Assembly: GCA_027365445.1 (NCBI GenBank)
Contig: DAHXNJ010000049.1
Coordinates: 1 to 39,966 of the forward strand
Direction of reading: 5' to 3'
Length of the DNA stretch: 39,966 nt
Origin: Candidatus Saccharimonadota bacterium
Lineage (GTDB): Bacteria > Patescibacteriota > Saccharimonadia > Saccharimonadales > UBA4665
Position numbers and translations under genes: made by a program. Shown here in pieces: positions 29,178-38,960 of the stretch; the stretch's first letter is position 1, and each line of letters begins with the position of its first letter. The notes below the pieces were generated by a model, which was not told the DNA's origin, made no database searches, and worked only from the letters and a program-made list of their open reading frames with translations.

Positions 29178-29417
29178 TTAAGACTAGTTATACCATAAAC
29201 TATAAACATACCTATAACTTGTAAAATGATCATAAATCAAAGATGCGTTTGCTGCATTAATGTATGTAGATAATTTATTGTTCTTTTGGAGCTGTTTATT
29301 GACGCATTAGTTAATCATTTAGCCAATGTCCGTATCAGAAATCTAGCATAATGTAATCTGTTCAATCTATGTATGGCTTGAATGTTGGCCTGGTCACACT
29401 TAAAATTGCTAGTTGCT

Positions 29418-30545
29418 TCATTGGCTTCTCATTTTTTCAACACTTTGAATATATAGCTTTTCGTAGTCATCAACTATAATTGGATAATTGAATTTCTTAA
29501 CATAAGTAGTCGCCCAGTTTACCCATAATTCTCTTAATGGATCATTATAAAGTAATAATTCTATTCTTCTAGCAAATTCGTTACTATCTTGAGGATTAAT
29601 GATAGATAAAGCGCCCAATCCATCGAGAACATCAACGTAACCTGAGTTGTTGCCGGCTACGGTAACAATACCGCTGGCCATTGCTTCAAGTAGTACTATT
29701 CCGAAACTTTCTCCATAAATAGCTGGTGAGCAAAATAAGTCAGCTTGAGATAGTAATTCCATTTTCTTTTGCTCTGTGACATAACCTAAAAATTCTACAT
29801 TATTAAGATTTAAGTCTTTGGCTAATTGTTCGAGTTTATTACGATGTGGGCCATCACCTGCAATAATAAGTTTGAGTTCTGGATGTTCTTTAGACACTAG
29901 CTTAAAAGCATTTAATAAAAACTTAACTCCTTTTCTTCTTTCTAGTCTTCCGATAAATAGTATGTTTTGTGGTGTCTTACCAGTTTTAGGGCTTTTTTGT
30001 TTATATATTTTTAAGTTTATACCGTTAGGAATGATGCTAATTGGTTTGTCTGTTAAATTAGCTGCATATTCAGCAGCAGAGTATGATACTGCGGTTAGTT
30101 GATGTAGATTGTTCATTACAGATTTTAAGTATGGCGTGAATACCTTGGCTACGGTTCTACTCATTTGAGTTTCTGGAACTTTTGCATGAAAAGTTGCTAT
30201 GTTTACGGCATTAGATCTTTGCAGTATCTGTCGGCTTAGAACTGGAACCCAGGGTTCATGGAAGTGTAGAACATCAAAGGCTTCATTTTTTAAAACATCT
30301 TCTAATTTATTGATGTCTACTGTTAACGCCACTTGAACCGTTGTGTGTGTAGGTGAACGAAGGTCTGTCGAGCTGCCAACAAAGATCACGTCCGGTAAGT
30401 CTACTACTTCATTTTCCCTAGGTAAAGGAGTGATTATCTTAACGATATGCCCACGTTTTTTTAATTCGGCTTGAAGAGATAAAACAATTTCTTGTACGCC
30501 ACCACCTATGGTTATGTTGTATGGACAAACAAGTCCTATCTTCAT
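29418..30545 (-). CDS. Glycosyltransferase family 4, PimA (phosphatidylinositol mannosyltransferase)-like
   Basis: MKIGLVCPY...GGVQ, FDVLHFHEP, ATFH, GRLERRKG, GESFGIVLLEAMA. Confidence 0.85.
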   Translation of the reverse strand: MKIGLVCPYNITIGGGVQEIVLSLQAELKKRGHIVKIITPLPRENEVVDLPDVIFVGSSTDLRSPTHTTVQVALTVDINKLEDVLKNEAFDVLHFHEPWVPVLSRQILQRSNAVNIATFHAKVPETQMSRTVAKVFTPYLKSVMNNLHQLTAVSYSAAEYAANLTDKPISIIPNGINLKIYKQKSPKTGKTPQNILFIGRLERRKGVKFLLNAFKLVSKEHPELKLIIAGDGPHRNKLEQLAKDLNLNNVEFLGYVTEQKKMELLSQADLFCSPAIYGESFGIVLLEAMASGIVTVAGNNSGYVDVLDGLGALSIINPQDSNEFARRIELLLYNDPLRELWVNWATTYVKKFNYPIIVDDYEKLYIQSVEKMRSQ

Positions 30546-30697
30546 AAAATACTACTCTACATTGTTTTAGGTGATATAGGCAACCCCTTTAATATAATAT
30601 TATCAGTCATGTCTGAAGATTAATTATAAATTTAACTTCTATTTGTATGTTTTTATCTTATACTTAATATGTTGAATAGACATAAATAAGGGGGAAT

Positions 30698-32134
30698 ATG
30701 AAGTTTCATAAAACTCAGCTTCCGAGTTACGACTTAACTTATAGTGATGTTTTTTTATTACCAAATCTAAGTAAGATAAACTCAAGATTAGATGTTGATT
30801 TGTCAACTAATGATGGTACTGGAAATACTATTCCATTGATTTCGGCTAATATGACTGCCGTTACTGGTATGCGAATGGCTGAAACTATTGCTAGACGGGG
30901 TGGACTATCGGTCTTGCCTCAAGACATTAAACCGGAAGGTTTAAAATCTATGATATCTAGCATTAAGAAAAGAAGCGTGGTTTACGATACTCCTATTACA
31001 TTGTCTACAGCCCATACTATTCATGATGCAATGAGTTTAATCTATAAGCGTGCTTACCGAGCTGTGATAATTATTAACGATCAAGATGAGCCAATCGGTG
31101 TGTTTAGCGAACAGGATGGGGAAGGAAAGGATATCTTCACGCCACTAAGTGATGTAGCTTCTTATCCTGCGGTTTGCTTAGATGATAAACTTACTGCTCG
31201 AGAAATGTTTGATAAATTAGAACAATTACATTTAAGGGTTGCACCAGTAGTTAATGACAAAAAATTAATTGGAATTATAACTCCGATTAGCGCATTGAGG
31301 GCGGAAATATATCGACCAAATTTAGATGATAATGGAAAATTTAAAGTAGCTGTAGCAATGGGGATTAATGGTGATATAGAAGAGAAAACGCATCAGTTAA
31401 TAGATGCTGGGGCCGATATTATTGTCTTAGATACTGCCCATGGACATCAGCAAAAGATACTTAATGCCATTGATAAAGTCAAGAGTATTGATGATGGTCT
31501 GTTATTGGTTGCTGGCAATGTTGTTACGAAAGAAGCAACAAGAGATTTAATTAATGCTGGGGCAGACATTGTTAAGGTAGGTGTAGGACCTGGAGCGATG
31601 TGCACGACAAGAATGATGACTGGAGTAGGACGACCACAATTCTCTGCAGTCTTAGAGTGCTCAGAGGAGGCAAGAAGACTAAATAAAAACGTTTGGGCTG
31701 ATGGTGGAGTTAAATACCCAAGAGATGTAGCCTTAGCATTAGCAGCAGGTGCAAGTAATGTTATGATTGGAAGTTGGTTTGCTGGAACGTATGAGAGTGC
31801 TGCTGATATCCAAAAAGATGAAAACAATCAACTATATAAAACTAATTTTGGAATGGCGTCTAAGAAGGCGGTAAAATCTCGCAATGCTGAAATTGATAGT
31901 TACGAACAAGCTCAAAAACAACTTTTTGAAGAAGGAGTAAGTACTTCAAGAATGTATATTAATCCTTCGATGCCTGGAGTTGAAGATATTATAGATCATA
32001 TACTGGCCGGTGTAAGAAGTGCCTGTACATATAGTGGAGCTCTAAATCTTACTGAGTTTAATCAAAATGCCGTTATTGGTGTTCAATTAGCTTCTGGCTA
32101 TAACGAAGGTATGGCAGTCTCTACCAGTTGGTAA
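30698..32134 (+). CDS. guaB1: GuaB1-family IMPDH-like protein with CBS domains (GMP reductase in mycobacteria)
   Basis: YDLTYSDVF, DGTGNTIP..ANMTAV.G.RMAETIARRGG, DTAHGHQ, GVGPGAMCTTR, WADGGV. Confidence 0.9.
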   Translation: MKFHKTQLPSYDLTYSDVFLLPNLSKINSRLDVDLSTNDGTGNTIPLISANMTAVTGMRMAETIARRGGLSVLPQDIKPEGLKSMISSIKKRSVVYDTPITLSTAHTIHDAMSLIYKRAYRAVIIINDQDEPIGVFSEQDGEGKDIFTPLSDVASYPAVCLDDKLTAREMFDKLEQLHLRVAPVVNDKKLIGIITPISALRAEIYRPNLDDNGKFKVAVAMGINGDIEEKTHQLIDAGADIIVLDTAHGHQQKILNAIDKVKSIDDGLLLVAGNVVTKEATRDLINAGADIVKVGVGPGAMCTTRMMTGVGRPQFSAVLECSEEARRLNKNVWADGGVKYPRDVALALAAGASNVMIGSWFAGTYESAADIQKDENNQLYKTNFGMASKKAVKSRNAEIDSYEQAQKQLFEEGVSTSRMYINPSMPGVEDIIDHILAGVRSACTYSGALNLTEFNQNAVIGVQLASGYNEGMAVSTSW

Positions 32135-32143
32135 TAATTTAAT

Positions 32144-32317
32144 TTATGCTGCAATAACCTGTTCTCTATTTCTAATTAATTCTAAAATATTGATTCTATT
32201 AATTATAGCTTGCTTATATCTTTTTTCAGCGTCGCTATATTCTTTAGTGGCTATAGCTAATTCTGCGTTGCATTCCTTTAGTTCATTTATAAAAATTTCA
32301 GGTAGATAAGTTTCCAT
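32144..32317 (-). CDS. Small hypothetical coiled-coil protein (57 aa, below ORF-track cutoff)
   Basis: METYLPEIFINELKECNAELAIATKEYSDAEKRYKQAIINRINILELIRNREQVIAA; AGGA upstream of ATG; heptad pattern. Confidence 0.6.
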   Translation of the reverse strand: METYLPEIFINELKECNAELAIATKEYSDAEKRYKQAIINRINILELIRNREQVIAA

Positions 32318-32536
32318 ATTGTTTGTCCTATTTATGTTTATGTAAGAAAATTAAAAATATTTATTAACCTGGGGCTTGATTAAGATAATTAAAAGGGGCT
32401 AAATGTATTAGAAGAGGATTATTTATAGCAACTAAGTTAGTTATAGTAATGATAATTTTTAAATAATAGACCACAACTATCAATAACATAATTTTAGTAT
32501 AGTGCTTATGTTAAATTTGAGTAGCTTTTTATTGTA

Positions 32537-33715
32537 CTATTTGTAAAGATATTCTCTTGTAAGTGGCATATTATCATTAATGCCCTTTGTAAATATGATC
32601 TGCGATAAGTCGTTTCCGCCATATGCAAACGCGCTTATAGATCCAGCAAGATATAGTCGCCACATTTTAATAAAACGCTCATCATACATTTTGGTTATCT
32701 TTGGAATTTGCTTATCGAATCTTCTTAACCATTCTTCTAGTGTTAAAGCATAATGAGGTCTTAAGTTCTCTACATCAATAACTCGCATTCCATAATCGGG
32801 AAATAGCTTTATAGTTTCTCTTAAACTTGGTATGTATCCACCAGGGAATATATATTTGTCTATCCAAGCGGGTAAATCTAGTTCTTTTTGTTGAGTTATT
32901 GTATGTAATACTGATATGCCCTTTGGTTTTAATAGATGATCTACTACATCAAAGTATTCTCGATGTTTACCTTTACCTACATGTTCAAATATGCCTACAC
33001 TAACGACACGATCATAAGTTTTAGTTGAATTTATTAAATCTTGATAATTCATTAGTTTAAACTTAGCTAAATGAGATACCTTCTCTTTTTTAGCTAGTTC
33101 TTGTGCAAATTGGTACTGCTCTTTGCTTAAGGTGACCCCTAAACCTTTGGCTTTATATTTTTTAGCTGCAGTTATAACAAGATGGCCCCAACCACAGCCT
33201 ATGTCTACAAATTCTTGCCCTTTTTCTAGTTGTAGTTTTTTTAGAACATGGTCTATTTTTTGTCGTTGAGCCTTCTCTAATGAATCATTCGGTGATTTAA
33301 AATAGGCACAAGTATAAGTCAACGTGTCATCTAGCCATAGCTTGTAGAAATCATTACCAAGATCATAATGTTTTTGTATGTTATCTAATTGATGAGCTTT
33401 GGTATTATTCTTGTGTTTATAGTTAACTATCTTACCAAATGAACTATTAATTAAAGCAAAATTCTCATCTGTTAGGCGAATAAGTTCCACTAATTCTTCA
33501 TCTGGAACAGTTAGTAGTCCGTCCATATAGGCTTCTCCAAAAGCAAGATCGCCTTTTCTAATTATGTCAGTTAAGACTTTAGGACTTTTTATGCTTACTG
33601 TTGTGTATGGCTTACCTTTGCCATAGGTTTTTGTTTCGGTGCCCCAATAGTCGATACTTATTGCCCCAATTGCTATTTTAGATATTACTTTGTCGAATAA
33701 TTTTTTGCTTAACAT
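32537..33715 (-). CDS. cfa: Cyclopropane-fatty-acyl-phospholipid synthase family SAM methyltransferase
   Basis: FGEAYMDG, HYDLGNDFY, YTCAYF, DIGCGWG, SVGIFEHVG, YIFPGG, HYALTL..W. Confidence 0.93.
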   Translation of the reverse strand: MLSKKLFDKVISKIAIGAISIDYWGTETKTYGKGKPYTTVSIKSPKVLTDIIRKGDLAFGEAYMDGLLTVPDEELVELIRLTDENFALINSSFGKIVNYKHKNNTKAHQLDNIQKHYDLGNDFYKLWLDDTLTYTCAYFKSPNDSLEKAQRQKIDHVLKKLQLEKGQEFVDIGCGWGHLVITAAKKYKAKGLGVTLSKEQYQFAQELAKKEKVSHLAKFKLMNYQDLINSTKTYDRVVSVGIFEHVGKGKHREYFDVVDHLLKPKGISVLHTITQQKELDLPAWIDKYIFPGGYIPSLRETIKLFPDYGMRVIDVENLRPHYALTLEEWLRRFDKQIPKITKMYDERFIKMWRLYLAGSISAFAYGGNDLSQIIFTKGINDNMPLTREYLYK

Positions 33716-33753
33716 TTCAATATATTATCATCTAGTAGTCTTTTTACAAGGTT

Positions 33754-35106
33754 TTATCTTGATTTTACAGCCTTATCATATAGGGTGGGAGTTAGTGAGC
33801 TCGGATCATACTTATTTTTAAGGTGTGTATATTCTTTTCCGTTATATATGGAATTAAATGTTTTTTTATCCATAAATGTTGAGGAATACAGCATTTTTAT
33901 GCCTTTATGATCAAAACAGTAATCATCCATTATTTTAGTAGATAAATAAGGTTTAGTCTTGGATTTTTTAGCTACGTAACTATAACTGCCTAAGTTTAGG
34001 TATAGCTGGTTAGTTTTGATTGGATAAAAACTAGCGTCAAATTTTGTCTTTATAGGTACGGCCATTATGGGTCTGCCGGATAAATCTAAATTTTCTAGAG
34101 CGAAGTTCAATAGGCTAAAAGCATTTTTCCAAGGCACTTCCCAGTCTTGTATTAGCTGTTCTAGATTAGGATCTTCAAAATTAATAAAAGGCAGTATTTT
34201 ATTTATGTTTCTTTGCCAATTAACATAGCGAGCATAAAAGGCCGAATTTCTTATTTTTCCTGGAGCAAAAGTTCTGAATAACTCATAGAATGGAGTTTCG
34301 GGTATGGCCCAAAACCATTCTGGGTCATAGCGAAAGATATATTCTTTTGTAGTTAGGGTCATAACATGCGGATGACTTAATTCCTTATAAAAGATATTAT
34401 TCCCGTAAATACTTTTTAAATTATTTATTTCGTCGGTTTGTCGGCTGGTTATTAAATAAAATTTTTGGCTAGAATAGACTAAACTTTCTATGTAATCTAC
34501 GTTTTTGTCATTTACTGACTTTTCCATAGCACTTATAAATAATCTTAAATCAGTATATTGTTCAGATTTTAGTTGAACATATTTCTTAGCTGGTCTTAGT
34601 TTAATCTTTGCTCTTAATATGTAGCCTAATGTTCCGTATGAATTAGGTAGTCCATGAAATAGATCTGAATATTTATTATTTGCATTGCATATCACAATCT
34701 GTCCATCGGGCAACAATACTTCTGCCTCAATTAAGCCGTCATGAACAAACCCATATTTATAGCTATTTGTTTCTATGCCGATTCCGACAGTAGCTCCACC
34801 AACTGTTATGTGTTTTAGCTCTGGTGCAACTAAGGGCAAAAGTCCATGGTGCAATGTTTCATCTACTAAAGTCTCATAGGTAGTAAGTCCTTGTACGTCA
34901 GCTGTAAGTTTTTCTTTGTCAATAAATAGAACTTTATTAAAATCGCTTAGATCAATTTTTCGAGCATTATTTGAATTCCTGCCCTCATAGCGAAAAAGAT
35001 TTGAGACAGATTTCTTTTTTATAGTAAAACTGTCTTTATTATTGCTCAGTAAAGCTTTAAGTCGTTTGACTTGATCAACATGAATATCTGTAATATCTCT
35101 AGGCAT
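33754..35106 (-). CDS. FAD-binding oxidoreductase, TmsA/BfaA (Rv3719)/DHCR24-like
   Basis: SNLFR, ADVQGLTTYE, PELKHITVGG..GIGIE, PNSYGTLGY, RYDPEWFW, QDWEVP, KMLYS, KYDP...LYDKAV; adjacent to cfa. Confidence 0.85.
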   Translation of the reverse strand: MPRDITDIHVDQVKRLKALLSNNKDSFTIKKKSVSNLFRYEGRNSNNARKIDLSDFNKVLFIDKEKLTADVQGLTTYETLVDETLHHGLLPLVAPELKHITVGGATVGIGIETNSYKYGFVHDGLIEAEVLLPDGQIVICNANNKYSDLFHGLPNSYGTLGYILRAKIKLRPAKKYVQLKSEQYTDLRLFISAMEKSVNDKNVDYIESLVYSSQKFYLITSRQTDEINNLKSIYGNNIFYKELSHPHVMTLTTKEYIFRYDPEWFWAIPETPFYELFRTFAPGKIRNSAFYARYVNWQRNINKILPFINFEDPNLEQLIQDWEVPWKNAFSLLNFALENLDLSGRPIMAVPIKTKFDASFYPIKTNQLYLNLGSYSYVAKKSKTKPYLSTKIMDDYCFDHKGIKMLYSSTFMDKKTFNSIYNGKEYTHLKNKYDPSSLTPTLYDKAVKSR

Positions 35107-35198
35107 ATATAACTACATACTATTTTGCATTTTTACTTAAGAGTCAAGTTAAAAAACAAATTTATAGTATGTAGTTATTTTTGATGAGCTATTATTTG

Positions 35199-35627
35199 CT
35201 AACGCATTAATAGTAATCTAACTGGAACCTTATTTGCCGTTGCCCATGTTTTGGCTTCGCTGCGTATGGACTTTATTGTCGCTTTTCGTTGAGTAGGAGT
35301 TAGGCTTTTTAGACCAACTAGTTTTTGAGACAATATTTTCCTTTCATTTAATATTGATGTTTCTTGTGATTGATTTATAATACCTTTTTTTGCTGCGTGA
35401 GAAAGTCTTTTAGTAATGGAAACTCTTTTAAAATGATGAGTCTTATAGTATTGTTTGATAGTATTTTTTACTGAAGGTTCGTTTAAATGATATTTTGTAG
35501 CTAAATCTTGAGACAGGGACATGTGTGATTTATTAGTGGATGCAAAAACTGGTGTTGCTAGTAATAGTGCACAACCGATTGTGGCTACTCCAGTAGTTAT
35601 ATATGCTGCTTTCTTATAATTAAACAT
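35199..35627 (-). CDS. Secreted basic helical hypothetical protein
   Basis: Signal peptide ending VFA; Lys-rich mature region. Confidence 0.7.
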   Translation of the reverse strand: MFNYKKAAYITTGVATIGCALLLATPVFASTNKSHMSLSQDLATKYHLNEPSVKNTIKQYYKTHHFKRVSITKRLSHAAKKGIINQSQETSILNERKILSQKLVGLKSLTPTQRKATIKSIRSEAKTWATANKVPVRLLLMR

Positions 35628-35853
35628 AATTTATTACTATATTTCCTTTCGCTTAATATTCATCTCGTACATTTAGTACTAATTGTTAGATTACATAATG
35701 TTGCTGAGTTATAGCTTTATAACTATTAAGAGCTAAAAATTAATTAATTTATCACTTTGTTCTGTATAATAATGGTAAGATTTATTTTTAAAGGTTTAAG
35801 ATTCTACTAGCCTTACTTATATAAAAATTTAACGGTGTTAAAAAGCGTTTTTT

Positions 35854-37653
35854 ATGAGAGATATTATAAAAATTATAAAATTCACCAAAAGCTTATGGCG
35901 CTATTATTTGGCCATTAGTATTTTTACTATTTTATTGGCTGGAATGAGTCAATTACAGCCTCTTTTTGTTAAGGGGGCAATTGATCAAATAACTAATGTT
36001 TTGCACGGTCATAAAGTGAATATAGGTGTAGTTGCTATGTTTGCCATCTTTATTTTTATAACCGATTTAGGCACCACTTTTTTTAGCAATATATCTGGTT
36101 ACTTGGGAGATATTTTAGCTGTTAAATTACAGCAATTTATGAGTGAAAAATACTTTGAGCATTTGCTTGATTTAACACAGTCCTACTTTGATAGTGAATT
36201 AACCGGAACGATCATTAACCGAATGAATCGAGGAATTGGGCAGATTAGTCAATTTATTAATATTCTTAGTAATAACTTTCTTCAGTTTATTTTTAGTACT
36301 ATTTTTTCTTTAGCTATAGTTTATTACTTTTCTTGGCAGGTAGGATTAATGCTAACAGCTATTTATCCAGTTTTTATATATATGACTAAAAAGACTTCTA
36401 AGAAGTGGCAAACCTACCAGAAAGATATTAATAAAGAGCAAGATATAGCAAGTGGACGGTTTGCTGAAGCTATAGGGCAAATAAAGGTAGTTAAAAGTTT
36501 TCTGCAGGAAAGAAGAGAGCTTAGTATTTTTAGCCGTCATTTCGCCAAATCAGTTACTACCACTTATCCCCAAAGTCGTTTATGGCATAAACAAGATATA
36601 TCAAGAAGGTTAATACTAAATGTCATTTTTATGGCCATTTACGTATATATTTTTGTTGAGACTGCTAGAGGTGTGTACGGACTAGGTACTATGGTTTTAC
36701 TTATTCAATATGCTCAATTAATTCGTATACCAATTTTTAGTATTAGCTTTTTAGTAGATCAGACCCAAAGGGCGATTTCAAATACAAAAGATTATTTTGA
36801 TGCTATTGATATAGAAGCGGATATTGTTGATCCAGTCGATGCAATAGATCATGAATTTAGAGATGGTAAAGTTTTATTTAAGGATGTTAAATTTAGCTAT
36901 GATAATAAAAAAATGATATTAAAAGGCTTAAGCTTTAAGCTTGATCCGAATACTAAAACGGCATTAGTTGGTGAAAGCGGAGAAGGTAAAACGACTATTA
37001 CTAATTTAATGTTAAGACTATATGAGCCACAAAGCGGTGAGATTGAAATTGATGGACAAAATATAGCCAAAATAACTCAAAAAAGTCTTCGTAGTCAAAT
37101 AGCGGTAGTTTTTCAAGAGCCGGCATTATTTAGTGGTAGTATCAAAGCTAATATTGCTTATGGTACCCCATCGGCAAAGCTTAAAGATATTAAAGAAGCG
37201 GCGCGTTTAGCTAATGCTAATGAATTTATAGATAAATTAGAAAATGCTTACGATACAGAAATTGGAGAAAGGGGGTTAAAGCTAAGCGGAGGACAAAAAC
37301 AACGTATTGCCATTGCGAGGGCATTGTTAAAGAATGCTCCAATTCTTATTTTAGATGAAGCAACGTCTAGCCTAGATAGTAGGAGTGAGAGATTAGTCCA
37401 AGAAGCTTTAGATAATCTAATGGCCAATCGAACGACATTAATAATTGCTCATCGATTAAGCACTATCCAATCGGTAGATCAGATAGTGACTATTAAAGGA
37501 GGTATTGTTGATGAAGCTGGTACTCCAAGTGAACTAGAGTCTAGTGGTGGTATTTACGATCAACTGCTGAAATTACAGCGAGGACATAACGATAAGACAA
37601 AAGAAAAACTAAAAGAGTACGGTATTAAACAGGAAGATCAATCGCCTTTATAA
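35854..37653 (+). CDS. ABC exporter, fused TMD + NBD (MsbA/MdlB-like)
   Basis: Multi-TM N-terminal half; GESGEGKT, LSGGQKQR, LDEATSSLD, IAHRLST. Confidence 0.95.
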   Translation: MRDIIKIIKFTKSLWRYYLAISIFTILLAGMSQLQPLFVKGAIDQITNVLHGHKVNIGVVAMFAIFIFITDLGTTFFSNISGYLGDILAVKLQQFMSEKYFEHLLDLTQSYFDSELTGTIINRMNRGIGQISQFINILSNNFLQFIFSTIFSLAIVYYFSWQVGLMLTAIYPVFIYMTKKTSKKWQTYQKDINKEQDIASGRFAEAIGQIKVVKSFLQERRELSIFSRHFAKSVTTTYPQSRLWHKQDISRRLILNVIFMAIYVYIFVETARGVYGLGTMVLLIQYAQLIRIPIFSISFLVDQTQRAISNTKDYFDAIDIEADIVDPVDAIDHEFRDGKVLFKDVKFSYDNKKMILKGLSFKLDPNTKTALVGESGEGKTTITNLMLRLYEPQSGEIEIDGQNIAKITQKSLRSQIAVVFQEPALFSGSIKANIAYGTPSAKLKDIKEAARLANANEFIDKLENAYDTEIGERGLKLSGGQKQRIAIARALLKNAPILILDEATSSLDSRSERLVQEALDNLMANRTTLIIAHRLSTIQSVDQIVTIKGGIVDEAGTPSELESSGGIYDQLLKLQRGHNDKTKEKLKEYGIKQEDQSPL

Positions 37654-38145
37654 CTACAAAACTGAATTTTCTGTTCTTAAGAAATGACAAGTATATCTTC
37701 CGGGATGTTTTCTTAAGTAATCTTGATGGTACTCTTCCGCTGGGTAAAATTTGGTAAATTTCTCTAGACTAGTTACGACTGGTTTTTTATAGATCTTAGA
37801 GCTATTTACTTTATCTATTACTTTATTAGCTATCTCTAATTCTTCATTATTTTGATAAAAAATGGCTGAACGATATGATGTTCCTTTATCGTTACCCTGC
37901 TGGTTTAGGGTAGTTGGATCATGAATTCTAAAAAAATAGTCTAAGATCTTTTCATAGGTAGTTAATTTAGGATCATAAGTAATTGCTAGACTTTCTGCAT
38001 ATCCTGGATGATTATCGTAGGTAGGATCTTTAGCAATACCACCACAGTAGCCAGCTAAAGTATCGACGACACCTATCTGATCTCTAATAAGTTCTTGTAG
38101 ACCCCAAAAACAACCACCAGCTAAGTAAATAGATTTATTATTCAT
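37654..38145 (-). CDS. msrA: Peptide methionine (S)-sulfoxide reductase
   Basis: GGCFWG, HDPTTLNQQGND.G.SYRSAIF, AEEYHQDY, YTCH. Confidence 0.97.
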   Translation of the reverse strand: MNNKSIYLAGGCFWGLQELIRDQIGVVDTLAGYCGGIAKDPTYDNHPGYAESLAITYDPKLTTYEKILDYFFRIHDPTTLNQQGNDKGTSYRSAIFYQNNEELEIANKVIDKVNSSKIYKKPVVTSLEKFTKFYPAEEYHQDYLRKHPGRYTCHFLRTENSVL

Positions 38146-38208
38146 AAACTTATATTAACTGTTTTTATATGTATTAAAAGCGATTAATTCACAGCTTGAA
38201 GACTATAG

Positions 38209-38724
38209 TTAGCCATTGACTTCTTTTTGTAATCTAGAAAGGCTTGATTCAAAATCATCTGAAGGTAGCTTTATAGTAGGGATCTTAGCTTCTCTATAAG
38301 AATCTAATATAAGACTATGAAGTTCTTCTTCGTTAGATAAAACTGGATCACAAATCACTGCTAATGAATAACGAGCCGCATCAATTAGTGGCTTTAATTT
38401 AGGAAGCAAAAACTCACATTTATTTAATCTTGCATGAGCTCCTAAATCGCATAGTCCTGTGTTTATTAAGGCTGTTTTAGTAGTTAAAGGAATGGATTTT
38501 TCTTGTCCTAATGTCTTGCCTATAATTAATTTTCCATAAGCAGTAAAATTAGTTTCTTTATGTCTTGCTATATATCCTTCTTCATTTTTTTCTCGCTCTA
38601 ACTCATCACCAATGACAGTAATAGCAGCTTCGGGAACGTTATAGACGTCTGGGTTGTTATAAAATGCTTCTTGAAGTTCTGTTCTTAGAGCCCTATTAGG
38701 CCCAGATAAAACTATTTTTCTCAT
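38209..38724 (-). CDS. AAA_28/NadR-kinase-like protein with degenerate P-loop
   Basis: KIVLSGPNRALRT followed by VPEAA, NTGLCD, RYSLAV; order matches AAA_28 but GKT is absent. Confidence 0.55.
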   Translation of the reverse strand: MRKIVLSGPNRALRTELQEAFYNNPDVYNVPEAAITVIGDELEREKNEEGYIARHKETNFTAYGKLIIGKTLGQEKSIPLTTKTALINTGLCDLGAHARLNKCEFLLPKLKPLIDAARYSLAVICDPVLSNEEELHSLILDSYREAKIPTIKLPSDDFESSLSRLQKEVNG

Positions 38725-38960
38725 ATTAGATCTTTCTAATTAACACTTAATTGAATAAATATAAATTATACTCCTTAAAGACTATAAACGATTAAACAAA
38801 TATTAAATAATTTGCATATATATTTTTTACTAGATTTTTTTGGCTTTTAATCTGTTTTATTGATAATATGTAATCCTATGAAAGTATTAGGCGAAAATCA
38901 GTAAATTCTTAGAAACTATAAATTATTATAGTAGACAAAAGGTTATAAAGTAGATACAAC

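Noticed and set aside
28491..30545. Mycothiol/bacillithiol biosynthesis (mshA/mshB, bshA/bshB)
   Set aside because: GT4 motifs look closer to PimA; no cysteine ligase (MshC/BshC) in the window
30698..32134. Canonical IMP dehydrogenase guaB
   Set aside because: Catalytic loop is GPGAMCTTR rather than GPGSICTTR, and the N-terminal motifs fit GuaB1
12136..36540. Other short overlapping ORFs inside treS, PafA-like, cytochrome b, typA, ABC, GT4 and guaB1 genes (also 833..1057 and 2351..2533)
   Set aside because: Fully or largely overlap well-supported genes on the opposite strand; no recognisable motifs
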